64,000 nt of DNA, taken from Psilocybe cubensis (lineage: Eukaryota). Positions 1 through 13,600 of this stretch are shown in pieces. The position numbers and the translations under genes were made by a program. Under the pieces are notes generated by a model. That model did no database searches and was not told the DNA's origin. It saw only the letters and a list, made by a program, of their open reading frames with translations. The stretch is taken from assembly GCA_017499595.2 (NCBI GenBank), contig CM039001.1:3472001-3536000 (forward strand), read 5' to 3'. Each line of letters starts with the position of its first letter. Position 1 is the first letter of the stretch.

Positions 1-415
1 AAGTTCATGTTGAGTTCATGGCGCTGTTGGCTACTGAGCAACTACTGAGTTGGAATACGGTTGGAATTTAGGAAAACGAGCGGAGTTTTAACGGAGTTCA
101 CAGGGCCCGGTATCCTCCGGTCAAGGCTTCACTAGAGTTGCGTTCAAGTTCGTGCAACTATCATGTACAAAGTCACGCATCCTGACAACTTCTACGCATA
201 CAGAAAATAATAAAACACAAAGCATCAGGTATATTATCGTCTCAAATCCCCTAAGTTACATTTATCAAAAGCATTTACCAAGCTATGTACATAATAGTAT
301 AGAAAAATAGAAAAGCAGCCCCGCCAAACAAACAGGAAACCTTACAACAAATAGACAAAATGTCCATCACCACTCACAGCAAATTCCACATAAATCACCC
401 AATCTACACCCATTT

Positions 416-2855
416 CTAATAATCGACTTCTTCTAGAGATCGCATAGCTTCTTTATTCCGAATGGACGCGGCAATCTTTAGGCGGTCTCTATACCCCGCC
501 CATATACTCAGGAGAATAGCGGTAAACGTCGCAGCGGTCGTTAAATAGATAGTCGAGACGTAACACTCCAGTCCTAACAAACACTGGGGAGCAGATGCAG
601 TGACAGTGGCAATGGATGAGGGTGATTGCTTGGACCCATCGTGGGCGTCTAGATTGTGCCCGAACACAATGGAAAATATGTTGCCGGCAATCATAGGTGA
701 TAATGATAGATATCCCCAGTTTTCAGAAAAGTGGGCTGTAAGCACAGAAGGCGTTTCGTCAATACGTGCCTTGAAATGTAATGAAAGGGGTTTGACTTAC
801 GCATTCCAAACCATTCAAGACACACAGTGGGGAAGAGTGAAAACACGCTCCCATGTGCAAGCCCCAGCAAAGAGCTCGCAACCCACAGGTTCTCAATCTT
901 ATCTTCCATAGAGGCCACAACTTGGGATATGAAGAAGAAAAACGAGACGAGCACCAGAGAATAAGACCGTGGCATTTCGTACTTGTTTTTCGCGAAATCA
1001 GACACCAAACCTATCGGATATCAGGCTGTGTGGAGCTAGTCGTCATACCGTCACATACCAATGAATATTCTCCCCAAGAAGTTCATGAGACTGATAGCAG
1101 AAACTTGGGTGGCCTGCCAACTTGAAGCTTCTATTTCATCGTATTTGGGATTCTGATGCGCATATAGCGCCTGGGACATGGAGCCGACGTTATTGATATC
1201 TATGTTTGCATTAGATGAATAATGTCAAATAGAGATATTCCAGACTTACACATGAGACCAGTCCCACTCACTTAACATTTACGCCTTGAGCTATGTGCAC
1301 AAAGAAATGAAGAATACGACTTACGAATTGATAGAATGCTGAAAAGTAGCCAAAAATCGCTACTGAGCCAAAGCTTAACGCCGTGCAAATTCGGCAGGGC
1401 GCCAACAGACATCGCAGCTCCCCTGCTCAAACTTCTATGTCTCGCCGAAGCAGCAAGCAAAGAGCTTACTTCTGGGGTGTGTTGGGAATCCAGTTCAACT
1501 TCTTCGTCGACACCAGACGCCTCATCTTCGTCCTCCTCTTGCAGACGACGAGCATAGCGCGTTTGGCGTGGTTCCACAAAGTCATGATCTAGCAGACGAG
1601 TCCGACTCGTCTGGCGAGTGGTAGACGACCGGCGGGGCACCTCCTCTACGCAATCTTCTACAATATCATACGCATCCTCAGAGGGTAGTGGAATGGGCCG
1701 AACAAGGAAGAAGCCCATTATCATAGGAACCGAGGTTCCTATTGCAAGAACAAATAGGAATGATGATGTGTTGCCCGCAAAAAATAGATTCGATAGACTC
1801 GAAAAGAAGAAGGCGGATAGACCAAAGCCAGAGATGACCAAACCCGTAGCTGAAGCTCGCTAAAAGAAGGATATGAATATAGACACTGCTTAATTTAGAA
1901 CGCTATCCTTACCGCTCTGTCAGGAAATGTCTTCGCAGTCGTATTCACAGAGCTGACTAAACCTCCATTCCCTCCTGTCCCTGTCATATAGCTGAACAGC
2001 ACTAAAAGAATGAAGCCAGCTGTTGACAAGCTGGAGACACCACTCGGGAGTCCAGCGTCGTATAGATATCGCATGCCGGAATAGCCTCCCAGCAAAAAAG
2101 CAAAGGCACACCCCAGAAGTATCCGGGGCCCTCTAGAATCTACTATACGCCCCCATATCGGACCGCTGCTATACACCCCAACTGAAAAAGCGTCAATCTT
2201 CGAATTTAGAATAACAAATAAAGTCGGTTAGAACGTACCATTGCCAGCCAATGCAACAATATTTAGTTTTGTATGCGAGATCCCCAACTTTGCTCCCAAC
2301 TGTGGAGAGTATGCTGATCGAATAGTCAGCACATCGTTCAATCAACATGTTTAAGCCCTGCACAGAAAAAGAGACTAGAGCTTATGACAGCTGCCATCGT
2401 CCCAACCAAAAAATCACCGCCCATTCGAAACCGTACTAAATAGCCGACGGAGGGGCGCCCGCTCTGGCTATCACGGACTTCGGTGGTGACGCGTTGTCCT
2501 CCAACGGTCCCGCAATGAGCAGTGAAGGAGGGTTTTAGAGTCCCAAAAGACTTCATTCATTCATTTCTGAGCTCTGCATCTCTGGTTATGAATGATCGTC
2601 ATCACGGAACACTGAGCTGCAGAGGTCGCTCGTTCTTCGTGATCCCATTGACTCTGATTGTGGAGTGACCCCTTTCCATTCTCACCTGAATAAACCTTTG
2701 AACGCAAAACAGTATTAGCAACCCACAGACACCCTCAGAAACGAACAACGCACATAATTTGTCCCAGAACTCAATGCAACGATCAAAGACGCAAACAAGG
2801 TCGTTATGCGGGGTACACTGAGAAGGGATGGGGGTAGTGGTGGATTGCTGGCCAT
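416..2855 (-). CDS. MFS transporter, MCH1/nodulin-like, multi-exon
   Basis: Spliced start MASNPPLPPSLLSVPRITTLFASLIVALSSGTNY (ATG 2855), 10-nt microexon 2686-2695, then AYSPQLGAKLG..GVYSSGPIWGRIVDSRGPR, ..ISGFGLSAFFFS.., FSENWGYLSLSPMIAGNIFS; many hydrophobic helices; GT-AG introns. Confidence 0.9.
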
Positions 2856-3364
2856 GGTCGCGGTTGTAAAGAGAAGAGGTTGGAGGGGAGTATGAGGCCA
2901 ACTATCTAGTTATCATGCATTAGAACCACCTGCCAAGGCGTCGGATGGCACAGTGGAAGTCGGAGGTCGATAAGTAAAGGTCATGTACGGCACCCATTTC
3001 AGGGGGGGAATTGCATATTCTCACGATAACACACCGCCACGTTTGTCTAACTTCGCTCAAATGCCTCTTCTACCGAGAGCGTCAAGATAATCGTCTATAC
3101 CGTATGATATGAGTGCGGATACAAGAAGTAAAAGCATGCCCAAGTAAAACAAAAAAGAAAGAAATAGTCCAATATGCCGTATAATGTCCGATGAAAATGA
3201 TTGTACAAATGATGGATATGCTGGAATCATGGGTAAAAAATGAATGTATGTGCGAAAGAAAGACAAGACGGGAAAAACAACATAGAAAGAAAGAAAGAAA
3301 AACTTTAAAAATTGACAAGTAGAGTAAGGGAAAGAGAAGACAGATATAAAAAAGAAACACCTCA

Positions 3365-6300
3365 TCAGATGAGCGCCTGTTTCACATAAAACGATGTCAC
3401 AGCTGCCAACAGCCGTTTTTGTTCGTTGGCCCACTCCGCCTCAAGAGCCGCCTTGGTCTTCTCTCGTGTCTCCCTGTCGTATGTCTTGGCTGTAATCGAA
3501 AAGGCCGCAGATATAGGTCGATGGTCCGACACATTGGCCTCGTACCGGCGGTAATGCAGCTGGCGCACTCGGCTCATAACCCGTGTTTTCCATAAGATAC
3601 GGTCACACCATGCAGGTGACCGATGCTTTTCCGAAGTATCATACTCGTTTGAGTACGGATCGTACTTGTAGGTCGGGTTGAACGTAAGAGGGCCCTCAGC
3701 AAACCCGCGCAGCCTACACCCACGATTGAACTTGATCTCCCGAAGCAGCTGATCATGAGATAATAGACTGGCGAGATCGCCTGCATGGATGGATGAGATG
3801 ATGGCATCTCTACGATGGTCGATTCGATAGTTCAAATCCCCATTCAACTATTGGGACGGGATAGAGTTGACATCAGTACCGCGGCGATTTGACGATCGAA
3901 ATCAAATTAATGAAAAGGCACTTACGATGACGAATTCGTGATCTAGAACCATAGATCCATCTCCTCCACCCACATACGCTAAACTATGGTCAGCAGGCGG
4001 AAAGACCGCCTTCTCCTCTAGCATTCCGGCAATATCTGCATTTCGTCTTCGTACTGCACTTTGGCCAGCAGCAAGATGACAGTTAATAAAACATATTGAG
4101 GAATCGCCAACTACAAACCGAGCAACAATGCCTCCCTAAGGTGGATATACGTGAGCATTGTTGGAAGAATTATTTACATTAATAAAACATACCTTGTTGC
4201 CATACCGCCCGCCCATGCCACGTTTAATGGTTGTGACTGCCACATCATCGAATGTAGACCTCTCTGAACTCTTCACGAAAATGCAGGAAAACAGGCCAAC
4301 CAAACTCTCCGTATGGACAACACAATATGTAAGGTCACTGGGCATCGCAGCCTTGACCGCCAAAATCAAGCGATCATACCACCTCTTATATGCACCTGTG
4401 ACTTTCTCCGAGAGCCCTCCATCTTCAGGCTTCTTTTTTCCTCCCAATAACACATTCTTGGCGACCATCTTCCGGCTCTCGAGATCGATGACCTCTTGGA
4501 ACCCAAAGGCAATGACATCAGGAGGACTATTGACGCTATGAAGGACGTCGTGCAAGAACGAGAAGTTGGCATCAATGCCATTCAGCGAGTCTGGACGAGC
4601 GGAATCGCAGTTCCATGAACACACGAGCACTGTCAGATCGCGGAAAGTGCTGAAGGTTGTTTCCACTTTAACCAATTCCTTGTCTAAACGAAGAAAGATG
4701 CTGGTCAGACCATAAAAAAGTCAAGTAATGACAAAAAACCCACCAATCCAGTCCAAACCCAGCAGACCGTCCCAAAGCCTCAATTGCTCATCTCTTCCAA
4801 TGCTCGCAACACACAATCTTCCAACGCTCATAACAGCGTAATGGTTCATCAACAGCTTTACCACTGGCAATCCAGGGTGCGCATTCCAACAATTCGTCAC
4901 CAGCCAAGGTTTCTGCGACACGTCATACGCAGAAATCATTCCGTTCCGACTCCCCGCCCACAACCGATTATTCACGCCCTCCAAGCTCAAAACATCCGAC
5001 GACGATACCTTCATCACCTCCACACACTTCGGGAACCCATCCTCCGTGTCCAGCTCCCACATGGATATAAATCCCTCCTCATGCCCCACATACACCATCC
5101 GCGGCTGGTTCGGTATAATCGTCGCAGACGTCACAGGCCCAACATGTTCGCTGGGCATGAGAGATCTGCCTGTACTTGCCGGGTTGAACACGTCGTAGAC
5201 GCGGATGATCGGCAGCCTTTGTGTCGGCGCTGTCCCATGATGCTCAACCCGCGCCGCTGTCCACAATTTTCCATCCAAAAACTTGACAAAGTCTTGCTTC
5301 TCCGTCGTCCTGATCACCCGTGGCACCGTCGCGTGCAGAGTGATGTCCTCCTGGTTGTCCGGGTCTGGTGAGAAGACGAGCGCCTTCCCTGACTCATCCA
5401 GGGTGATCATTGACCGCGCGTGACGAAACATATGCGTGATGGGGTGCATGTGTGCGGCGTACTTGGACCCACATGCATGTCCTGTACGGATGTCCAGCTC
5501 GAAAATATGTCCTTCCTTCGTTCCAATCCAAACAAGGTATCCTCGGTCGACCTTCGACGCAGTAGGACGAAACTCCATACATGTCACTTTTGTATCCTTC
5601 ACTCCAAGCGATTTGGTATCCAAATTGAAAGTAGGCTCCGGAGAGATTGCAAGGTCGTATATTTTGATATGATGTCCATGGGCCACGACAACCTGGGATC
5701 CGGACAGAGCAACAGATCCGCTATGAGGGTTGACATGGACGCGAGGTTCAGGGTATCCGTCTCTAAATCCTAAAGTAGGTGGCCGCCGTGAAGATGTACT
5801 GGTATCTGGCATTAAATCGATAGCTTGTGTTTTCGGCTCGTCTTCTTCCCCGGACTCCTCATCAGAGGAAGGCGTAGACGACCGACGAGCAGGCGGAAGT
5901 TTATCACCCAATGCAATAGTTCGAGTTGGTGGTGGTGGAAGCTTGCTTGAACCAAAGACTTTTCGTTCATTCGTTGGTATCTCTATAACATTGGCAGGTG
6001 ATATCTGAGAACGAGTGGGCAAAGGCGGTGGGTTGGAGGACCCTGCCGCAGGATGATCTTGTGTCATGATTGTGCTTCGGCGGATGGGGAGTGGAGGCGG
6101 GGGATTAACAGTTGTAGTGGGCACTGAAGAAGCAATCGCACTACGTTCTCCGTGGTTTGGTGATACAGATGGTCGACTGCGTGGTGGTGGTCGGGGAGGA
6201 GGGACGGCCGTTATTCGAGATAGCCTTTGCGGCGGTGGCGCCTGACTGGCGTCACTATCGTAAGAAGACTGACTGGAGTCATTGAAGTGCGCCCCAAGTT

Positions 6301-7110
6301 GCCGAATGGAGCCGCTTTCAATGCTATTTCCGTTTCCATGACCATTTCCATTGGGATTAGCATTTACATTGACATGAGGCTGCCGCTGGCGAATGGGAGG
6401 AGGTGCAAATTTAGACGTGCTCGGTTCGGCGTTTTGTCCTTCGTCGTCAGAAAAAGGGCTGTGAACAGAACTTGAGGATGGAAGACCTTCTGGACTTGCT
6501 GTATTGCGGGAAGGTGGAAGATAGCTTGGTGGTCGCGGGGGTAACGTAGGTTTAGACTCCACTTGAAGGGCAGGATACGCGGTAAGACTTTGTCGAGGGC
6601 TGTGTGTCCGAGATGGTGATCCTGGTGGGGTAGGTACACTGCAAGAGATGTTAGAAATTAAGAACAGTTGGTTAACGCATGTACCACGCACAGTCTGGCT
6701 TTCAGGGATGCTATACTTGGTGCGAGCGCTGACTCCTTTCCCGCGGAATTACTGACTGGTGGTAAGGGAACAGGCCGCAAGAGCGGTGAGATAGACGTCG
6801 AGGGCGAAGCGGTGGTGGTTGGAACATTCAACTTGGAGTTGCGCGAAGGCGGCGGCGGAGGAGGTGGTCTCTTCAATGGAGACCTCAGATCCGATGAGGA
6901 CGAAGAACTTCGTAGACTGATCGCCTCGGCTGGTGTATTTGTATGCGAACCTGAGGCCGCTCGAGGACGTGGGCTTGGAGGCGTGCTCACCGCCAGAAGT
7001 TCTCCTTGCTTGTATGTGCTACTGGTCGTATCCAACGCCAATTTTTCGAACTTGGACTTGAGACTGCTGACAGCCTGCAAGGACTCGGAATCGATGTCAG
7101 AAGACTCCAT
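3365..7110 (-). CDS. Inositol polyphosphate 5-phosphatase with Pro-rich N-terminus and WD40-like propeller
   Basis: IPPc motifs VCSWN, FGFQE, GNK, GDLNYRI, PTYKYD, PAWCDRIL, SDHRPI across ORFs 6658-7110, 4721-6691, 4136-4675 and 3365-3847. Confidence 0.93.
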
Positions 7111-7505
7111 GTTCAGCGGATCCGGACACTTCTATAGGCCTCCCCGCCTGATGCAAACAATGTTAGACCGCAATTGTGGTGACTTCTAGGTTAATTAGGC
7201 GTTTAGAGGGAAATTATGTCGTCTTCTGCGCCCCTCGAGGTAGATCCTGAGAAACCCTGTAAAATGAGGAGAAATGGCGTGGATGGCGGTATGAATTGAG
7301 ATGTATTATGGCACCAGGATGGTTCTGAAGTTTGAGTGGCTGCGCCCAGCCGACAACCCGGCCCTGTGCCGTCAGAAACAAACAACGCCAAGCTTGTTCA
7401 TGTTAATCTAAGCGAGATCTACGCCTCCTCATTCTGACCACTGGCAACCAATTTGAAGGCTGAAGCGACAAGCTTACAAGAACAACCGCGTACTTATATA
7501 TATCA

Positions 7506-7988
7506 AGTAGTTGAGTTTCCATGTCTCGGACTGCCTCTTCAACGTGTATTCATGTTGACTACTAGTGAACACCGCTCATGAAGTCGAAATTTTGAAGAGT
7601 GAGCCATTTGGCTCTCTTCTCTGAGAAGCATGAATGATGATGGTGTCTCGTGTTCTAACTCTCGCCGTATAGAGGCAATTAAAGAGCATGGAACTCTTAA
7701 TAGTGATGGTTACAGTAGCATACCTTACGGTGTATTGTTTGTAAAGACGGAACATACCTGTGAGTTTCTATTCCAAGCCTACGCTCAAATTTAACTGACA
7801 TATTTGCAGTGGAAGCCCTCAACGGTACCCTTCGCTCTGCCAAACGTCAGAAGAAGGTATTTGCAAAAATTTTAGGCATTTGATAGATCTTATAATGGTG
7901 CGATTAACCGTTGCAGGTCGCGTTCAATGCAGAACTACTCATGATGCCGAGAGACAAGGACGTTGAAGTTGTCTGGCTCGAGAAATAA
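7506..7988 (+). CDS. Costars/ABRACL family small protein (missed by the ORF track)
   Basis: Spliced: MNTAHEVEILK|KAIKEHGTLNSDGYSSIPYGVLFVKTEHT|LEALNGTLRSAKRQKK|VAFNAELLMMPRDKDVEVVWLEK*; fits the Costars pattern (HEV..L, GVLF, EAL.GTL..AKR.K.V...ELL). Start inferred as A|TG split by intron 7507-7565. Confidence 0.85.
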
Positions 7989-8351
7989 CTGGATTTAATA
8001 CCCCTATCTATACCACTACATATATGGATGATATAACCATGGGGATGTTATGTATCACCATCTCGACGATGCTATGGAACTCACTCAGATGTTAGAGAAG
8101 GATGACCTGGAAAATAGCTGGATGGGTGTGTAATATTCACGAGGGAGCAAGTCATTCGATATGATATTTTTGTCTAGCTAATGTTTCCTAGGCAAACGAA
8201 GATGGATAACTTTCTTTCCAACTTGAATTCTATACAATGATAAACCCATAATAAAAGATACTATCGGACGCGAACCCAGACTCCGTAGGCGAGGTAACTG
8301 GCATACACATATGGCTTCTGAGGTATGTACAAAACATAAAACAGTGCTGGA

Positions 8352-10614
8352 TCACTCCTTCGGTCCAAAGTTTCGAGGCACGACTTTAATGGTGTCCATG
8401 AACTTCTCAAAAGTCAAATTTCCATGACCCGTAATGTATCCAGCTGCGTCGTCATTTGTCCGTGCGTTATGGCAACATCGGTATCCCTCTTGGAACAAAA
8501 AGTAGAGCGGTTCGATCCAGTCAATCCAAACCCCCTTCCATTCCGGACGGATTCCCTGTTTCAGGGATAACATCATTGATTTTGTAGGGATTTTTATAGA
8601 GTAGCCTTTCCCTAGTGTGCCATGGCACCAGTCCAAGAGAGGTGAATTTTCGGGCAAACTGCGTTTTTTGCCCGCGGCCAGATCGTAGCGTGTCGCTGCC
8701 CAAATAAGAACGTAGAAGAATGACTCAAGGTCATGGCGATAAAGGTGGAAATCTGGCAATGTAGGGTGTATTTCTTGATAGAACCGCCGTAGAGTTGGTG
8801 ATGTCAGGAGGTCGCGAGCCATGAAAGTCAAAGTGCCTATATTGTGGGGTTCTCCAGGGCAAGTGGAGATAGGTTTATCGTCCGGGCCTAGCATGGCTGC
8901 CATGTCAAAGTCATTGAGGATTCCTCGTGCTCTAGGCTCATCATCGTTTTCCAGAGTCGACTCCGTGGTATGCGAACCGTCTTGGAGAAAACTCTTGTCT
9001 GTTTTTTCAGGCTGGTATATCATCAAATTCTTTTCGCTGATGTCACGATGAAGCACACGCCCAGTTTTATAGGCGTGGTAATGGCCTGAAAAATATCAAT
9101 CAGCGTCTAGTCTACTAGATATAGCCAATCTAATCAACCTTACATTCCACACAGTCTAGGAAAGCCTGCTTAAACTCTTCTACATCTTTGGCTTGCCAAA
9201 GGGGCTTGCAGCGGCTTGTGGCGATGACGTGAAGGGTGTCGCGTTCCTCAGTAGAAGGATAGTTAGATGGACTCCCGGATTTTCGGACTGCCTGTCTCGG
9301 CATGGAAAGTTCAGCAGCTGAAACTGTCGTATGAAAGACTGGTCCTGGAAGGTGGTCGCGCCAGTCGAGGAGAACATTCCTGAGGTGTTTGATTATATCC
9401 CCTTCATGTCTCCGTGTTATTTGCTGCCAGCTGAGCTTGAGCGCATACAAGTTGTCTGAGAACTTCTGTCCAGAAAGGCTATGACGAGCGATGACCGCTA
9501 CTGTTCCTCGACCATGGATGGCCTTCGGTAAACAGATAATTTTCTTAATGAAAAATAAGTGCTTTTCACCACATCCCTTGGTAAATTTGTAGCATTGACC
9601 CATTAGGTCAACTGCAGGTCTTATCAACAGCGATATTTCAGATGATTTGACTGGCAGATCAGGATCTCCCCTGATGGCATATAAAAAAGGATCAAACCCA
9701 GCATGCTTCATATCGCTCTGACTGGGCGCAAAAAGGGCGAGCGCCAGGTTCGCCATTCCCAACCGCTCCGAAAAATTGTGACCAACGCAGCGCATAGCGC
9801 CAGAGCGATCATAATACCAGAGCCAAAACTCAAAGCCGTCGATGAAGATGCCAGTTACATAGTGTCGATACCCTGTGGCTAGACACTTCTGGGCGTAATC
9901 GGCAAGCTGCAGCTCATACTTGGGTATGATTTCAGAGCTACATCGCTTCTTTGCGTCTCTGTTCTCCATCGACAGGTCAGAACTTTTTGACCGCTTATCT
10001 CCCGCAATTTCGCTGTCATGGGTGGTTTCCGAGTGAGAGGTTGTCGATAACTGGGATTCGTCGCTATCTTCGCTCGAACAGATACTAGAGACTTCACCTT
10101 CTTCTAAAGAAGAGATTTGGCTTTGCTTAAACTCGATAAATGCGCGGACCTCGCTCCACTCTGGTATAGATGTGCCCTCAGCAAGATCACTGTCTTCAAG
10201 TTTAGGGCTCAAGGCACCAGCGGTCGCTTTCCCCACCGGTATGTACACATTCAGCAAGTCGGGCTTTCCATCTTTCGCTGTGTCCCTAGTTTCATATCCG
10301 TCCAAAAACCGCGTCTTGACTTCCTTGTGGTCGATAGAAAGAATATCACAGACGTCCTTGATTAGAACAGTTGCCATTTCACGAAATAACTGTCGAAGTT
10401 CTGGCCAGCTCTGGATGCCTGCATCAGACCTACGGTCCAAGGCTTTCTGGTATTGTCTCAACGAGCACAGTGAAGGCTTAAATTCTTTGTTCAGAATCAT
10501 GTGGCATTGCTCAGTTTCCACGCCCCAGACGCGCTGGACGAAATCAAGGACGGACACGTTCTTGAGGATGTGATTGGAGTCGGCATCATCGGGTGTTGTG
10601 GTGGTTCGTGCCAT
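8352..10614 (-). CDS. Fungal-specific protein kinase (FunK1 / Pkinase_fungal)
   Basis: WYYDRSG, GRGT, ALKLSW, HRDISEKN, LNDFDMA, GTLTFMA, HLYRHDLESFFYVL; one intron near 9088-9140. Confidence 0.9.
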
Positions 10615-13600
10615 ATCGTCACCTGTAAATAAAAGTTTATCCCCTACAAAGAGATTGACAGGAGTCTAGTAGGAGAAGGTGGATGAGAGATAAACGATGT
10701 ACTTCAGGGGTCAATATGCTAATTACCGTGGAAAACTAGCTACGCGATGGCCCATCATTTCACGTGATCGTGATCGCACCCTTAATTTCTTTCTCACACT
10801 CGGCCCGATACTGATGTTTGTTGCACTAAATAAAAAAATAAAGAAAATGAAAAATTCCCAAAATGGAAGGGAGGAAAGAAGGGGAAGAGAGAAGGATGGG
10901 TCGTTCACTTTCTACCATACTGCTTACCAACGCACTTCAAAATGCCACTTCAATTCGCGTTTTCCACGGTTTACGGGCTGGCTCAGCTCTAGACTGTGAT
11001 ACTCGCTTAGATGCACTTCAAATGCCCGAAAAAATCAAAGATGGTAAGAGCTCCGGTTGCATAATTTTTAGCACATCTGATACTCGCCTATACCGCGTAG
11101 ATTTTTTTAAGCGTCGGTTAGATTTGAACAACGCACATCTCCGTGGCTGCCAAGCCAAGCACTTGGTAGAAATCTCCAAAGACGCAAGGAACACGGTTCA
11201 GCTGTGACCGGGTGCGTGGAAGTGTTTACGCACGCTCGTTATAAGAAAAAACTGCAAAGGTACGTTGAATGCAAGTCTGTTAATGATTAACTGGCTAAAT
11301 TACTACAGGCGCCCCCTCTTTTTTTTCACATTAGGGCGGCGTGCTGGGTCAACTCCTTCCCAACCACTATAGCAAGGCTTGTTGGGCTGCTTTGTATTGC
11401 GACCATCACAATCAACATCTCCGCAATCGCGACACGGTGACCTGCAAAAGAGCACCTGCCCACGGCCTGAGCAACGTTCTGATCCGCATTTTGCACAGGT
11501 ACGAGGAGCTTTCTTTTTTTCCAATGCTTTTGACCTTCCAATCTGTTCACGTACTCGTTGTTGAGCTAGCGCCTCTCGTTGAGCCCAATTTTGCAAATCA
11601 AGACCTATTTCATAAGCAGGCCGACCAGGTATTCCAATAGAAAGGTGTGTTTGCGCTTCGTTTGTGCTTCTTGATGCAGAAACATTGAAATTCGGACGTG
11701 TTGGCGGGTTTGATAATGTGCGTGATTGTGATTGAATATTTGTTCGGACTGTGCTGCTGTGCTGATCATTTTGCAGAGAATGTTGGGGAAGATTGAAGAA
11801 GTTACCCAGCGAAACAGATGTTGGAAGGAGTCCACTGCTTATACGTGCCGGTTGGAGGGAGGTTTGGGGTACACGTGGTGCCGTTGAGGAGCGTGTAGGA
11901 TCTGTCAACTCTAATGCAAGTGGTCGGCGGGTATCGTATGTCATCGTTAATGTCTCTTTTGAATTGACAAGTGTTTTCCATTTTGAATAGTATGACTTTA
12001 GCTGCTCGATTAGCTATCAAAACAATTGTATAAGTGTTTTACAACAGTGTGGTATTTGATTAATTGAGGCTCTCACCTTGTAAGATATGGTAGGCTCAGT
12101 ATCAGCATAGTGATTCCATACTTTGACCGCCTCTTTCCATATAGGTCCAGATGAAACTGAATTATACTCGGGATTTTTTTGCATAAGATGCCGAAAAAGT
12201 TGTTTTTCATCCGGATTGTGTACTGGAAGAATTGGTTTTCGGGTCTTCTGCATTTGTGCTAGGAATGCATGTTTTTGCCGCCTATCGAGACTTGGCGTAT
12301 ACTCAGTCATACCAGCCGAAGTGCGAATTTCAAGTGGGATGGGAAGTATTCCAAGGACCTCGGAAGTCTGCATATATAGATTACCATTTACCCACCCAGT
12401 TAGTTCGAGCGGATTTATAAGAACATCTCGCAGATATTCCAATCGTTCTTGAATACTATTAGTCAACCATATAGAAAAATGGCCACGATATCTTTGACCC
12501 GTGCTATTGAATGTGCCAACCTAACAAACAAAATATTGAAAAGACAACTTGAACAATTTCAATAAGCAAACTTACAATGAGATTGTGTCGCAAAACAAAA
12601 TCAGATATGCAAGAATGGACATGTTCAACGGATGCTCCTGATGTTGGAAGATGAGATCGCAGATGTGTGTGTACTCCACCTTCTGTCATATTTGTTCCAC
12701 GCAGACAGCGATAAATTGTGAGGCCTGGAGCCTTGCTATCCACACAAACCTCGACATAGAGTGGAATTCCTGGAGGATCCGATAGAAATCCGCATCGAGC
12801 CAAGTCAAGTACATGGCCACATGTTTTCCAAGTACTAAAATTGAACAAGGCAACGCCAGTGGTGGCATCTTTAAGTGGTCCAAATGTCTGAAAAACCTTC
12901 TTGAGAAGATCATAAAGTATGTCGGCCGAAGGTATGATTCGTTTACACCGCCGCCATAGCCATTTTGGTCGTGAAGATCGAAGTTGCTCAAATGTGACTG
13001 GAGGGGTTTGTTTGGCTCCCCAGGCATTTATATTGGCTCGGTCATTGGCATCTGGAATAAAAATGGCATCCCGGAGTTGACGAGCAAATTCAATGCGTAA
13101 ACCGTGGTTGGAGACAATGTGGAACATGTTGAAAACGTGAAAAATGTCCTTGATAACACGACTGCAAATTGTAGAATCCCAGCTTTTTGGATACTGCGAA
13201 AAAATCTGTTCTCCAATAGATGCACTTTCTTGATCAATGTCATGAGATAGTCTTTCAATGGATGGCTCTGAATTTCCTCCAATAGATGGCTCTTCTATAG
13301 ATTGAAGTCCCATTACCATTTCCCCAATAGTTGGTGTTAGAGAGTCCGAGTCATTGTGTAGTGAGTTAACATCTAGCATCGACCCGTCCATTTCTAGAGC
13401 ATCAAGAGCAGATTCAGATAAGGTAGGCACAACTGAATCTTGGGCAGAATCCGAGTCCATAGAAGAGAACTGAGTCCAAGATGCTGGAGAAAATTTTCAA
13501 AGATGGCTACGCAAGCAGACGAGAGAGAAAGGAGGAGAGCCAAATGATAACAATGTCTGCTTTCGGTGGGAAGTGATAATAGCTCCAGGAACAAGAACAT

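Noticed and set aside
2529-2538. Minus-strand CTAAAACCCT plus an Sm-like site as a telomerase RNA template
   Set aside because: It would template TTTTAGGG, not the TTAGGG usual in mushrooms; a 10-nt match is weak
2314-2685. TPP riboswitch, hammerhead, SRP, RNase P/MRP or U snRNA in the MFS intron
   Set aside because: The diagnostic conserved motifs were not found on either strand
3057-3434. Hydrophobic ORFs downstream of the phosphatase
   Set aside because: T-rich 3' UTR sequence yields spurious Phe/Leu-rich translations
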